NCBI GenBank assembly: GCA_000934665.2
Contig: JYFJ02009209.1
Coordinates: 124,001 to 180,991 of the forward strand
Direction: 5' to 3'
DNA: 56,991 nucleotides
Source of the DNA: Catajapyx aquilonaris
Lineage: Eukaryota
The translations under genes and the position numbers were made by a program. Below the pieces are notes generated by a model. That model searched no databases and was not told where the DNA came from. It was given only the letters and a program-made list of their open reading frames with translations. This document shows positions 12,074-24,655 of this stretch, piece after piece (the stretch's first letter is position 1; every line of letters starts with the position of its first letter).

Positions 12074-13503
12074 TCAGTTGGCTGAGTTTCTTCCCAATTT
12101 TGCAAAATTAAAGATTGCGTAAAGAGGTGTGTAGAATTTGGGTCCATCGGGGATGTCCGTGGCGCCAAATACGCACGGTGTGTACGACGGAAGAGCTGGA
12201 AATAAATCAAGTCATTAAGTACTACAAAATTCATATTTAATTAGTAGCATAATTTTAAAGCAAAAAATAATGAATGGTGCATGTGCGGTACTTACGCAGA
12301 GTGTCGTATGCCGCCATTTGTCGAGAAGATGGCTGACTTATTGTTGAGGAATGTGTTGCTGGGCATTTGGCAGGTACGTCACCAGACGCAACGAGGTTCG
12401 AGTATGGTCCGTATCCAGTAGGCACGTTTCCGATGGTGATTGACATGCGACACTCATGTCCGTCGACCACGACCTGTAGTACATGACACAGACTGTTACA
12501 TATCCATTGAAGGTGAAACCGTTTGAGTACATACCTCCATATCGTAGTAGACCAGAAGCACGGTGCAATACCCTCCGAGGTTTGTAGGAGCAATGGCCGG
12601 TACCTTCAACGACGTCTGGCTGTCAGTATGACGCAACACGGCGCTCGTCTTGGCGACAACACGAGATCCGTAGTTGTTCCTCTTCCCGGCGGAGTACAGG
12701 ACGTGCTGATGCAACGCAGTGTGCATCGTGGTGGGTACCGGTACGACACCACTCCGGATGTGCATGTGCATTGTCTCGCCAGGAACGAATCCTGTCTTGT
12801 TCAGGTACACATCAACTCCGCTCACTGTCACCCTTGGTACGTCCTGCAAAAAGTGACAAGTCAGTACCAATGCTGACAAGGACAACCGAACACCTTTACC
12901 GTACCTGGTTTCTCACGTCCAGGTTGAGATCAGCGATGGGGCTGACCGTGAACACTTTCTTCGCGACCTTGACCCCATCTTCGAGGAATTTGCGCAGACC
13001 AGTCGCATGCCGTACCAACCGGACACTGATCTCGTACCGAACGTACCCATGTTCCGCTTCGAAGGACGAGGGCAGGTTGGCCGGTAACGTGAACGAAAAC
13101 CGAAAAGTGTGCTCTCCTTTCTCCAGGTTTCCTATACGAAAGTAAATTAACGTGGTTTTCGAACCAAACGATAGATTGCGACGTACCTTTTTCGTGTACA
13201 TTCTCGGTAATACAGCAGTACTCTTCTTCTTTGCAGTAACTCGATTGACTTGTCTTTGTCCTTTTATAGACGAACATGCTCTCCCTCCAGTACACGTATC
13301 CTTTCCCTGTTGCAGTCAGGGATATGCCTGCAAGTAAGTCCCACATCAGTTTTTGTCCCTGATAGTACCTAGCTCCGAATATACGCACCTTCAATGGCAG
13401 TCGACTTCTTGACTTGAACCCTCACCCGACCTGTGACTGTATCGGTGGGTCGGTACGCTGCTGGGTACCTGTCCAGCTCAACCTGCATGTGTATGCCCCT
13501 CAT
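12074..13503 (-). CDS. Alpha-arrestin gene A5
   Basis: Close tandem paralog of A4 with the same exon structure; terminal exon LPSYTPCVFGATDIPDGPKFYTPLYAIF...SAN*. Confidence 0.85.
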
Positions 13504-14167
13504 TCTGATCTGAGCTCTGCAGAAACACTGTTGTCCATAGACGCCCAGAGTTGGCTTTAAATACCATTGGAAAGAGCGTGGGAGGTGATATGTAGTACAT
13601 GCCAGATGCGTATGTGTGTTCGAGGAACTTCTAAAAATAAGGAGCACGCGTCACTTTTTACTGCATTGGAGTGGACTGTATACAGTACGCACAACGTATG
13701 GGCATTTAAAAAACTTAAACAGTGCAGTAATTTGTCCAATGAAGTGCTTCACAGACTTTGTTGAAGGAGCGCATCACCGTATACAGGAAAAGGAAAGAAG
13801 GTCCACTTTCACAAGGATGTTGATGGCCCCAAGTAACTATGCGATCACTATCGATGTAGGCTACTTGATCAGTAAGAATCAAGAAAATATTTTACTTGAG
13901 AAACATGATTCGGATAATAATTATAATTTCCACTCATCCTCCAAAATGCGGGATGGTCAAGGTTTGTCTGTCTTAAAAACACCAGCAAGTAACTCCAGAC
14001 TAAGAATCGATTCCACATTGGAGTAATGGTCATTATTGTGTGATGATGGTTATTGTAACTGTGCATATAATATTATAATTCAATCTGAAACATCTCGTTT
14101 CAACCAACCGGAGAGTGTTATCAATAAAATATATAGCATGTTATACCACATACTAGTAGTGAATCTG

Positions 14168-14385
14168 TTGCCAAAATCTGGCAACACTGCCCGGCCCGCT
14201 TGGACATAGTATGATATGCCACAACCAGATGCCGTGCATCCTCCCTCTCTGCACACTGCTGCCACTCCACGGGGAAATCCGGTAACTACATGCACGTTGG
14301 TGCTGAGTCAACGCGTGTGGGGACAAAGTCACGTCTAGCCAGTTCTATATGACTGGTGAACCAGTTGCCAAAATTTGGCAAACTT
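14168..14385. mobile_element. Interspersed non-autonomous repeat (local family X)
   Basis: Bounded by GTTGCCAAAATxTGGCAA palindromes. The same sequence recurs at 30468-30690, 38513-38992 and 39925-40340, with a diverged copy at ~20205-20280. Confidence 0.65.
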
Positions 14386-14819
14386 TCTTTTTCTAATGCT
14401 CTATTTCTCTCCGTCGGATGTTTGTCCGCCCTGACAGCGCCATGAAAATATTGGTGGGTGATTGAACTATTTAAGTAGGGCCTATACTTTTCCTGAAATC
14501 GGCACCCAAACATCTATCAGAATCGTCTATTGGTCTTCAATCAGTTTTTCCACTGCAGGCCTGTGTTATTAATGACTTAATTATAAATTACTTAATTATT
14601 AATTACATGCTATATATTAATTACTATAAAGAATGATTTTATTACAAATTATTATAAACTTACATTATTTATTACATATTATTTTATTACAGCTTATTGC
14701 ATGCTATTAATTAATTATTATTAATGTGTGGCCCATGGGGAGCGACAATGTTCGTGTCACAACAGAGGAGCTGCGCGAGTGAGGGTGCGCAGTCGGTTGC
14801 GTTCGTTAAAAAACTCGTC

Positions 14820-14990
14820 TTAGGCCAGGCTCCACCGGCTCCCTGAAAATTTATCCGGCGGTCGAAGAGGAGCCAGGATAGTTTGTTATTCATTGTTGTC
14901 AACAATGTTGCTGTCAACAATGAATAACAAACTTATATCCTGGCTCTTCTTCGACCGGATAAATTCAGGGACCCGGTGCAACCTGGCCTT
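14820..14990. repeat. ~170-bp imperfect palindrome (hairpin)
   Basis: AGGCCAGG...GTTTGTTATTCATTGTTG pairs with CAACAATGAATAACAAAC...CCTGGCCT; centre at about 14905. Confidence 0.75.
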
Positions 14991-14992
14991 AT

Positions 14993-17134
14993 TAGTCCGG
15001 GTGCTAAGGGGTTGAACTTTGCATTTTGTGACAAAAGTATGAAACTCGGTACAATTGTCCTTTGGACACTTCTGATCATATCTGGACGTGGAGCCACGAT
15101 GACCCACCCCGGTGGTGGTCCATTTCGCAGGGTTTCCATAACTACCAGATGCAGCATCCTTTTAGGACCTTGTATTGGGTGACAAAAACATGAAACTCGC
15201 CACAATTGGTCTTTGGACACTTCTGAACATGTCTGGATGTGGGGCCATGATGACTGACCCCGCTGTGGGTCACTTGCAGGGTTGCCAGATCTAACGGACC
15301 AAACATACATCTCTGCGAAGATCACGTGAATTGGGAGCTTGCATTCGGCGATAAAAACGTGAAACGCGGTACGGCAGTTCTTCGAACACACCTCAACATA
15401 TCTGGACGTGGGGTCACGGTGGGTGACCCCTGGTGGCCTCGCCAGGGGTCACTATCGCGGAGTTGCCAAATCGAACATGCGTTGCACACCTTTACATGAA
15501 TAAGGGCCTTGCAGTCGGTGATAAAACACTGATAAAACATGAAACTCGGCCCAATTGGTCTTTGGACACTACTGAACATGTCTGGAAGTGAAGCCACTAT
15601 GGATGACCCCGCTGGGGGTCACTCGCAGGGTTGCCAGATCTAATGGGTTCTCTAAGTAAATTATGTGAATAGGGAGCTTGCATTCGGTGACAAAGACGTG
15701 AAACTCGGTACAATATAGTTTTTTGCACACTTCCGAACATATCTGGACGTGGGGCCACGATGACCCACCCCGATGGAGGGCACTATCATGGTGTTGCCAA
15801 ATCTAACAGACTGTGCAACATGCGTTTATATTTTGATAGGGAGCTTGCATTTGGTGACAAAGACGTGAAACTTGGTAGAATTGTTCTCTGGACACTTCCG
15901 AACATATCTGGACGTGGAGCCACGATGACCCACCCCGAGGGATTGCACTATCGCAGGGTTGCCATATCCACAGAATGTGCAACGTGTGTTTATATTTGAA
16001 TAATGAGCTTGCATTCGGTGACAAAGCCATAAAACTTGGTACGTTAGTTCTTTGGACACTTCCGAACATATCTGGATGTGGAGCCACGATGACCCACCGA
16101 ATGCAAGCTCATTATTCAATTATAAACACACGTTGCAGATTCTGTTGATATGGCAACCCTGCGATAGTGCCCTCCCTCGGGGTGGGTCATCGTGGCTCCA
16201 CGTGCAGATATGTTCGGAAGTGTCCAGAGAACAATTCTACCAAGTTTCACGTCTTTGTCACCAAATGCAAGCTCCCTATCAAAATATAAACGCATGTTGC
16301 ACAGTCTGTTAGATTTGGCAACACCATGATAGTGCCCTCCATCGGGGTGGGTCATCGTGTCCCCACGTACAGATATGTTCGGAAGTGTGCAAAGAACTAT
16401 ATTGTACCGAGTTTCACGTCTTCGTCACCGAATGCAAGCTCCCTATTCACATAGTTTACTTGGAGAGCCCATTAGATCTGGCAACCCTGCGAGTGTGACC
16501 CCCAGCGGGGTCACCCATAGTGGCCTCACTTACAGACATGTTCAGTAGTGCCCGAAGACCAATTGGGGCGAGTTTCATGTTTTAGCAGTGTTTTATCACC
16601 GAATGCAAGGCCCTTATTCATGTAAAGGTGTGCAACACATGTTCGATTTGGCAACTCCGTGATAGTGACCCCTGGCGAGGCCACCAGGGGTCACCCACCG
16701 TGACCCCACGTCCAGATATGTTGAGATGTGTTCGAAGAACTGCCGTACCGCGTTTCACGTTTTTATCACCGAATGCAAGCTCCCAATTCACGTGATCTTC
16801 GCAGAGATGTATGTTTGGTCCGTTAGATCTGGCAACCCTGCAAGTGACCCACAGCGGGGTCAGTCATCATGGCCCCACATCCAGTTCTTCTCGGAAGTGT
16901 CCAAAGACCAATTGGGGCGAGTTTCATGTTTTTGTCACCCAATACAAGGTCCTAAAAGGATGCTGCATCTGGTAGTTATGGAAACCCTGCGAAATGGACC
17001 ACCACCGGGGTGGGTCATCGTGGCTCCACGTCCAGATATGATCAGAAGTGTCCAAAGGACAATTGTACCGAGTTTCATACTTTTGTCACAAAATGCAAAG
17101 TTTGGGTCAAATTTGTCCCTTAGCACCAGGACTA
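14993..17134. mobile_element. Foldback-type non-autonomous DNA transposon: ~1-kb TIRs built from ~165-bp tandem units
   Basis: Termini TAGTCCGGGTGCTAAGGG and CCCTTAGCACCAGGACTA. TAT is duplicated at 14990-14992 and 17135-17137. The arm 14993-~16020 pairs with ~16096-17134. No transposase ORF. Confidence 0.85.
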
Positions 17135-17367
17135 TATCCAGCAGAACACTGTCCATGAGGACTTATTGTTGTCCACTTGTCCAGCATCGTATACTGGCGC
17201 CACTGGCCATTATTTTCGTTAATAATATATCATTGCTGCTATAGATACGAGCAATGTACACAAACTCATATTAAACTCATTAAATTTTGGAATTCACCCA
17301 TCATTCCCATCCCATCCGACCAGAAATTCACCATTCCGCTTCCTCCAACTTGTTGTGTTGCATAGCC

Positions 17368-20059
17368 ATGCCGGTTTACCTCCAACCCGAGTCGCTGGAG
17401 GTCAGTAGCCTGAAGCAGCTCGTCGGCACAATAGCCGACGCCCTCAGGAGTGTCCACAGACGCTTCCCGCATGGAGGACAGTTTCTCAACCGAAGCTCCT
17501 TCGTATGGAAATGTCGGGCAGTTCTGTTCGATCACGTCATGGTCAAAGGACAGGATGTATCAAGTCTCTACCTCAGCGGTAATCCTAATATATAATTGGC
17601 TCCAGGCGAGACATTGTCCATGGTGGCTCATCATCAACGTCACGGTCTTATAATATACAGGTCTGGAAACTGTAGGGAGTGGGGTTGCCGCTTCGGCGCT
17701 GCTGTATAGTGCCCTCAAGTCTGTGGCGATCCTGGCGGATGATTCTGCCATTAGCACTTATAGCATTGATATTATAAGACCGTGGGTTCTGCTAGAGGCA
17801 GTGTTGCCATGTTTTGGTACAACTCTTTCAACTGTTCAATCCTTGTGTTTCAGTCACTAGTCCCAGTCCATCGTCAACACCGTTGCATGTAATGATGGTA
17901 AGTACCCTAGACCAGTTGTGGGACACCTGCAAGGAGGTTTACACTCGCTTGATGGAAATACACTGGTACATCCAGACCATACCGCACCTCTTTGCCGACT
18001 CGTACACCGAGGCCATACTGAAGCTGGCCGAACAGGACACCGAGCTGGACATGTGCGGGGCGTTTCATCGCAAGCGCAAGCGACTCAGGTTAAACACATG
18101 GGTGTCAGACGAGGCCGTCGAACACCTACCGATCATGAAGGACCTGACCTACTTCGAAATGTACCGCAGCACCAGGTGCAGCACCTTCCCCGGAAGGCTT
18201 TTTCAGAGACTGGAGTACCTGACCATGGTTCAGAGACTGCCGTACCTGAACAAGCTTCAGACCCTGCGCGTCCCGGGCGCGATCATCCGGGACGAGGACG
18301 ACCTGGCTACTGTCCTGTCCAACCACTGCCCGCAGCTGCGGGAACTGCTCTTCGAGTGGGACTTGACCACACAGCAGCCGCAGGTCACTCTGGCCAGCGT
18401 GCCCAGCCTGCAGAGCGTGTCCATAGATTACGCTGGGGACAGCCTGGAGCAAGTCGTCAACATCCTGGACACCGTCCCGCAGCTGGCGACGCTCAACTGT
18501 TGGAATGACATGATGATCCCACGGGTGATTCAGGTCTGTCCTATCTATACTACAGAACTGGCGTCTGTGACTATGTTGAGGTGCAGACAGACAGACAGGT
18601 ATGTTTCATCAACAGGCGCATCTGCGTGACCGGCCTTACGGACTGAAGAAGCTGATGAATCTGACCTTCAAGACCCCGCACATGCTGCCCCGTCTGGTCA
18701 GCACCTTCTCGAACCTGTCCGAGATCTCCCTGGCCCTTCCGGACGACGACCCCCTGACCCCATTGAACGACCTGCAGAACCTGAAGAAGCTGAGCTTGTC
18801 CCAGTCCCCGGCCGAGAGGATACGGGACGAGCTGGCCCCGTGTCTGACCCGCCTGACCACCCTGGAGCTGAAGGGCATCGAGCGAGTGGACGTCGCTCTG
18901 TCCCTCCAGACGCAGTCGTCGCTGCCCAACATCACCGTGCTCTCTGTGTCTCGCTGCACCTGCCTGGACATCCAGCAGCTGTGGTAAGCGTTTCAATAAA
19001 ACTAAACGCATTGAAATTATCGCAACTTAAATGCATTTACACTCTGTAAATGTATAATTATTTCAATACAACTCCAGGTGCTTGTTTCCGAACCTGACGT
19101 CGCTCTCCATCATCTGCAACTGGTCCATGGCCCCTCGTCTGCCCACGGTGAGGATGCTGGACACACCATTCAGACACCTGAACCGCCTGAAGATAGTGGA
19201 CGACGAGGCCCACCTGGACACGATCCACCTCCGCTGCCTGACGTCGCACTGCTCGGACATCACGGAGCTCGTGATTTACCATCGCGGGAACTTCCTGACC
19301 GACGCCATCTTTTGGGAGATGATCAGCTACAACCCCATGAGGAGTCTGAGGAGGCTGTACCTGAGCAGCTCCGGCTTGACACTCGAGATACTACCGGTCG
19401 TGTTCAACGGGTTCGGGACTGACCTCAAGTCATTGCGCATACATTTCTGGGATCTGGAGGAGTCGGCTGAGGAGGTTGCGGAGACCTTCAGCCAGTACAC
19501 TCACTTCTCAAAGCAGATCGAGGTCAGGCTGATGGTCGACGAGGTCAGCGACGAGGAGGACAACGACGAGGAGGTCAGCGACCAGGAGGATAACGACCAG
19601 GAGGACAGCGACCAGGAGGTCAGCGACCAGGAGGTCAGCGACCAGGAGGTCAGCGACCAGGAGGATAACGACCAGGGGGACAGCGACCAGGAGGTCAGCG
19701 ACGAGGAGATGGAGGTCGACGGTCAGGCAGACGACAATAACGATGGGCAGGACGACGAGAGCGATCATAACAGCGAAGAGGGCGATCAGGAGGCCAACGC
19801 CGACGACGAAAATGATAACGATGAAGAGGAAGGCAACGGCGAAAGCGACGCTGAAAACAGTTCAGACGACGATGACATAGTTGACGGCCAGTGTCCGACT
19901 GCTGACACAGGAGCTGACGGTGACGATCAGCAGAGAGACGCGAATGGCAAAGGGACCTTCCGAATCTCATGGAATCAAATCGACCCGTCAACTAATGTCA
20001 GTACAGAGGTGGCGGTGAAGAGAATTAATGTAGTAGTTCAGGCTGAGGATGTCTTTTGA
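17368..20059 (+). CDS. Uncharacterised leucine-rich-repeat-like protein with an acidic C-terminal tail, 4 exons, ~746 aa
   Basis: Phase-compatible exons 17368-17578, 17854-18533, 18616-18983, 19078-20059. Repeated LxxLxL units (CPQLRELLF, LQNLKKLSL, FPNLTSLSI, MRSLRRLYL). D/E-rich tail with EVSDQ/EDNDQ repeats. Confidence 0.75.
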
Positions 20060-20826
20060 AGAAGAATGGACATCCCGAAATTATTTTCATCCATATGCTA
20101 TTTTATAACACGTAGGCTAACGACAATGTGGCCTCTAAATAAAATTGAAGTATAGTACCAACAAGCACTCTATTCATTTCTAGAGAAGAACTAATAGCGG
20201 ACTCCAAATTTTGCCAACATTGCTTGGCCCACCCCTCACTTGGATGTAGTGCGATAGGCCCCCTACCAGTTGGCGCCTTCCAAACGTATTTTATTATTGG
20301 CGTTGTTACAACCGACCCCGATCTCCCGTATACTATTCTTCACGCATAGATGGCGCACCATTCCCCTGCACTCTCCTGCCACTCTGAAGTCGTGCGGGTG
20401 ATAGTGGTACTAACAGGTCGGACAAACATCCGGCGGATTTGATTGATTATGTTCAAATACCGGAAAACGAGGAGACGCTCCATCGCAGTGCAAAGCATTT
20501 CAGATGACTCTTAAAGTACGGACCGGGGCACAGCGGTCCACTTTTGCACATTTGAATTTTACTCAGAGTTCCTGTTTGAGTCAAATATCCATCAGATCCA
20601 ACACATTCTTCCAATGAAAAGCCAAACTCCCAATTTATCATCATAAATTATGTATTTTTTCCGGTACATAAAACAACAAATGCTCACCCTTCTATACACA
20701 ATTACACTTAAATACAGGTTACGGTACGTCTGGAGTATTAAAACTATATGAGCTAGTGTATACACAAGTGCAGCTGTAACAATTAAACATTTAATACTGT
20801 TTAATGAAGACGGTCTATCTTCGCAA

Positions 20827-22574
20827 TTATTTAGAGTGTCCTGCGTTTCTCCTGCATTTGCCAAAATTGAAGACCGCGTAGAGAGGTGCGTAGAAGTTGG
20901 GTCCATCTGGGATGTCCGTGTCGCCAAACACGCAAGGTACGTACGACGGAGGAGCTGTAAATAAATAAGTCGCAATTAGAAAATTCATTCCGTGTCACGA
21001 TTTGATAACTAATGTAATTGACGTCGAATTGCAATCGTTTCAATTGAATTGTCAGCTCATTTACTTTAAGAACAGTGTTTTTCCTTCAATGCAATTGGCC
21101 CATTTGTTGCACATAGTCGCTCAAAATAAACGAGAGATCGCTGTGAATGACTCATTGAGGACAAAATGTACAAAATGTAGGCGAAGGCTCTCTAATGCGA
21201 CGTATAATTGGCATGCAGGTCATACGATCCAAATAAGCTGCCAGAAATCCTTATTTATGCGACAATGAGGTCATGAAACTAGATCCGTGTACTTGTTATT
21301 TCGTTACTTTGTTACAATAAGCAAGACTTCAGCTGGGTGACATATTATTATGTACGGTACTTACGCAGGGTGTCGTATGCCGCCATTTGTCGAGCCGATG
21401 GCTGAGTTATTGTTGGGGAATGTATTCTTGGGCATTTGACGGCAGGTACTTGAACGGACTCAACGAGGTTCGAGTATGGTCCGTAGCCGGTTGGTACGTT
21501 TCCGATGGTGACGGGTATGCGACACTCCCGTCCGTCGACCACGACCTGTACATGACACATACTGTTACATATCCGTTGAAGGTGAATCCGCGCAAGTAAG
21601 TACATACCTCGACATCGTAGTAGACCAGAAGCACGGTGCAATACCCTCCGAGGTTCGTAGGAGCAATGGCCGGTACCTTCAACGACGTCTGGCTCTCACT
21701 ATGGTGCAACACATCCTTCGTCTTGGCGACGACACGAAACCCATAGTTGTTCCTCTTTCCGGTGGAGTACAGTACGTGCTGGTGCAACGCAGTGTGCATC
21801 GAGGTGGGTACCGGTACGACCCGACTCCTGACATGAATATGTATCGTCTCCCCAGGAACGAATCCTGTCTTGTTCAGGTACACCTCAACTCCGCTCACCT
21901 TCGCTCTCGGTACGTCCTGCAAACAGTGACAAGTCAGCACGTGCAATAGGACAACCGAAAAAGTACAACCGTACCTGGTTTCTCACGTCCAGGTTGAGAT
22001 CAGCGATGGGGCTGACAGTGAACCGTTTCTTCGCGACCTTAACCGCATCGTTGATCAGCAGACGCAGACCAGTCGCAGGTCGTACCAACCGGACACTAAG
22101 CCGGTACCGAACGTACCCAAGCTCTCCTTCGAAAGAAGCGGGCAGGTTGGCTGGCAACGTGAACGAAAACGGAAACGTCTGCTCTCCTTTCTCCAGTTTT
22201 CCTATACGAAAATAAACTCCGTGAGATTACAATCAAACTAAACTAGTAACTAGTAACATACCTTTTTCATGTACAGCCTCAGTAATACAGCAGTACTCTT
22301 CCTCTTTGCAGTAACTAGATTGGCTTGTCATTGTCCGTTTATGAGCGAACAGACTCTCCCTCCAGTACACGTATCCTTTGCCTGTGGCCGTCAGGAATAT
22401 ACCTGCAATGAGTCGCACATAAGTTTTTGTCCCTGATAGTACAATATGAATCTACGTACCTTCAATGGCAGTCTGCTTCTTGACATGAAGTTGTACCCGA
22501 CCTGTGACTGCATCTGTGGGTCGGTATGCTGCTGGGTTCTTGTCCAACACGACCTGCATGTGTATGCCCCTCAT
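20827..22574 (-). CDS. Alpha-arrestin gene A6
   Basis: Paralog of A4/A5: LPASFEGELGYVRY, LNKTGFVPGE; terminal exon PPSYVPCVFGDTDIPDGPNFYAPLY...HSK*. Confidence 0.85.
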
Positions 22575-24655
22575 CTTTTGAGCTCTCCAGGTACACTGTT
22601 CTCCATAGGTGAGCCAGAGTTGGCTTTATATACCATTCGCGAAAAGGAGCGTGGGCTGGATTCGTTCATGCCCGCTGTGTATGTTTTCGAGGAACGACTA
22701 AAATTGGCAAACGTTGTCACTTTTTTTTTACCGCATCGGAAAGTCGGGTGCACTGCACACATGTCAGCTGAACACGTGCACGGCGTGAAGTGAATGACAG
22801 CAGACAGCTGTCAGCTAATGAATGAACACAAGAATTACTGAACCGTGGCTCACACAGCAACTTCTTTACACAATCATGCTTTTGAAGCTCATTTTTACAC
22901 GAAAAGATAAGGAACATTTGCGATTATATTATGATTAAAATTATACTTGAAGTTTATAGCATTTTACACTTAAAGCTCATTTCTACGCAGTTACTTTACA
23001 CTAAGTATTAGCTTCCACTGAATATTAGTTTCAGTACATTAAATGAGGGCAATTAATTGTATTGAATTTCCGACATCAATAGTGACAAATCAGTTAAATC
23101 GTTTTTGCATAATTATTAGACACTACCCAGTATGTTATAAAACATATAATCACCTCCTATTTATAGTAATTACTAAATAGGAGGTGATTATTATATTAGG
23201 TTGTTGGAAAATAACTGCGACTAGTTAATGAGCATATTAGTGCCCCAAAAATAATTGCTAGCGTGATTTAAGATTTTTTTTGCACATTTTCTGGGCGCTT
23301 TGACCTTGGCAGCTTGTTTCAAAATATCCGCCCACACACATACTTTTGGCATTGCGATTCGCTACCTGGCTTTTCCAAGGAGACGTTTCGCGGTATTGTG
23401 AGAGAGGAAGTTCCACTTTAAAAAAATCTTTTTGCAAGAAATCAAGATTGTGAGAAGGGGGGAGGGAGGGTCAAAATTTGCCAAAACATTTCTGTTGCGC
23501 AATTTCCGGAAAGCCCCGCAAGCGGCTTCTCTCTTGTGTGCATATAAGGCGGGTCGAGAAATTCCAGAGAAATCAAGGGCGGCTCATGGGCTATGTTTAC
23601 ATCGCACTCTTGGCATGTGGGCAAGGCTCCAAAAAATGCACAAATTATCGTGCAATAGCTTAATTAGAAAGTTCATGACCACATCCTGTGCACGGTGAAA
23701 TGACAACAAATCATTAAGGCATATTGTGTATATTTTATGCAACGAGTTTTACAGGTCATAAAAATTCTGTTCAACAGCATTTAAATTGCACTTTGAGGCG
23801 CATGTGACAGGCACAAGTTTGTTTGAAAACAAGACGTAACATACTCGAGGCATTTCCGCCTTATATAGTTGAAGGCCTAGCTGCTTGAACATTTCAATTA
23901 AGAGGGCGATCAATTACAGCACAATCAGCAGTTCATAAAATCTACAGTTCCATGTGTAGAACTTGTACAAAATGTGTAACATATACTAATTACACTGGAA
24001 TAATGCAACAATGCAGGTTATTCTTGAACATGGTATGGCATTGTGTGACATCATGTTGCACGAATATTAATATGATCCGTTCAAAAATGAATAAGTTGCT
24101 TTTGCACTTAGCTCGAGTAATTATGCCGCTTTTGATTTTTTTTTTTTGTTAATAATAGCGGTGCAAAGGCACACTGACTGGAGTACATGGATGGCACATT
24201 TGTCAACAAAGGCAATTATACATGAGGCAATAATTGCTGAGGTATATCAAGCACACGGTGCACTTGTAAACGTGAAGTATACTACGTACACTATGAGATT
24301 ACAATTTTTGCTAATTTTTAGAAACGAACGAGTCTCTTTCAAAGCTTCAAAATATATTGTTGGAAGAGTTGACATAACGATGTCGTAAACAAATTTCAGT
24401 TGTGTAAGTGTAAGTACACAGTTGTGTGCTCCGTATAAGGCAATATTGTATTAAACAGTTATACGAAAATAATTCAACAACAATGACAGCATTGTTATAC
24501 AGAGTGGGAATAGTTCCCTCGTACGTATATGTGTGGAACAATAGGAAAGTTTAGGACGAACGCATTGTACAGCAGTACAGTCATTAACCCATAATAGTAC
24601 AGAGGTCAACGGAGTATATACGAACACAAGCTGCGACAGAAGCCAACAATGCCGT

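Larger units (their letters stand above)
14099..20442. repeat. Left arm of a large inverted segmental duplication (partner 27787-30756)
   Basis: 14099-14438, ~14910-14988 and 17139-20442 match the reverse complement of 30756-27787, apart from insertions and deletions. Confidence 0.9.

Noticed and set aside
13616..14026. 136-aa ORF next to the duplication breakpoint
   Set aside because: It has a non-ATG start and no motif I can recognise; it could be a decayed gene fragment, but I cannot support that.
14886..17244. Many mirrored ORFs of 60-170 aa
   Set aside because: They are by-products of the palindromic tandem repeat and show no transposase or other recognisable motif.
17641..17784. 16-bp inverted repeat (CACGGTCTTATAATAT) in intron 1 of the LRR-like gene
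   Set aside because: Possibly an old MITE shared by both copies, but it has no TSD and no independent copy in the window.
23147..23190. 44-bp near-perfect palindrome
   Set aside because: It is real but isolated and AT-rich, probably a collapsed MITE, with nothing linking it to function.
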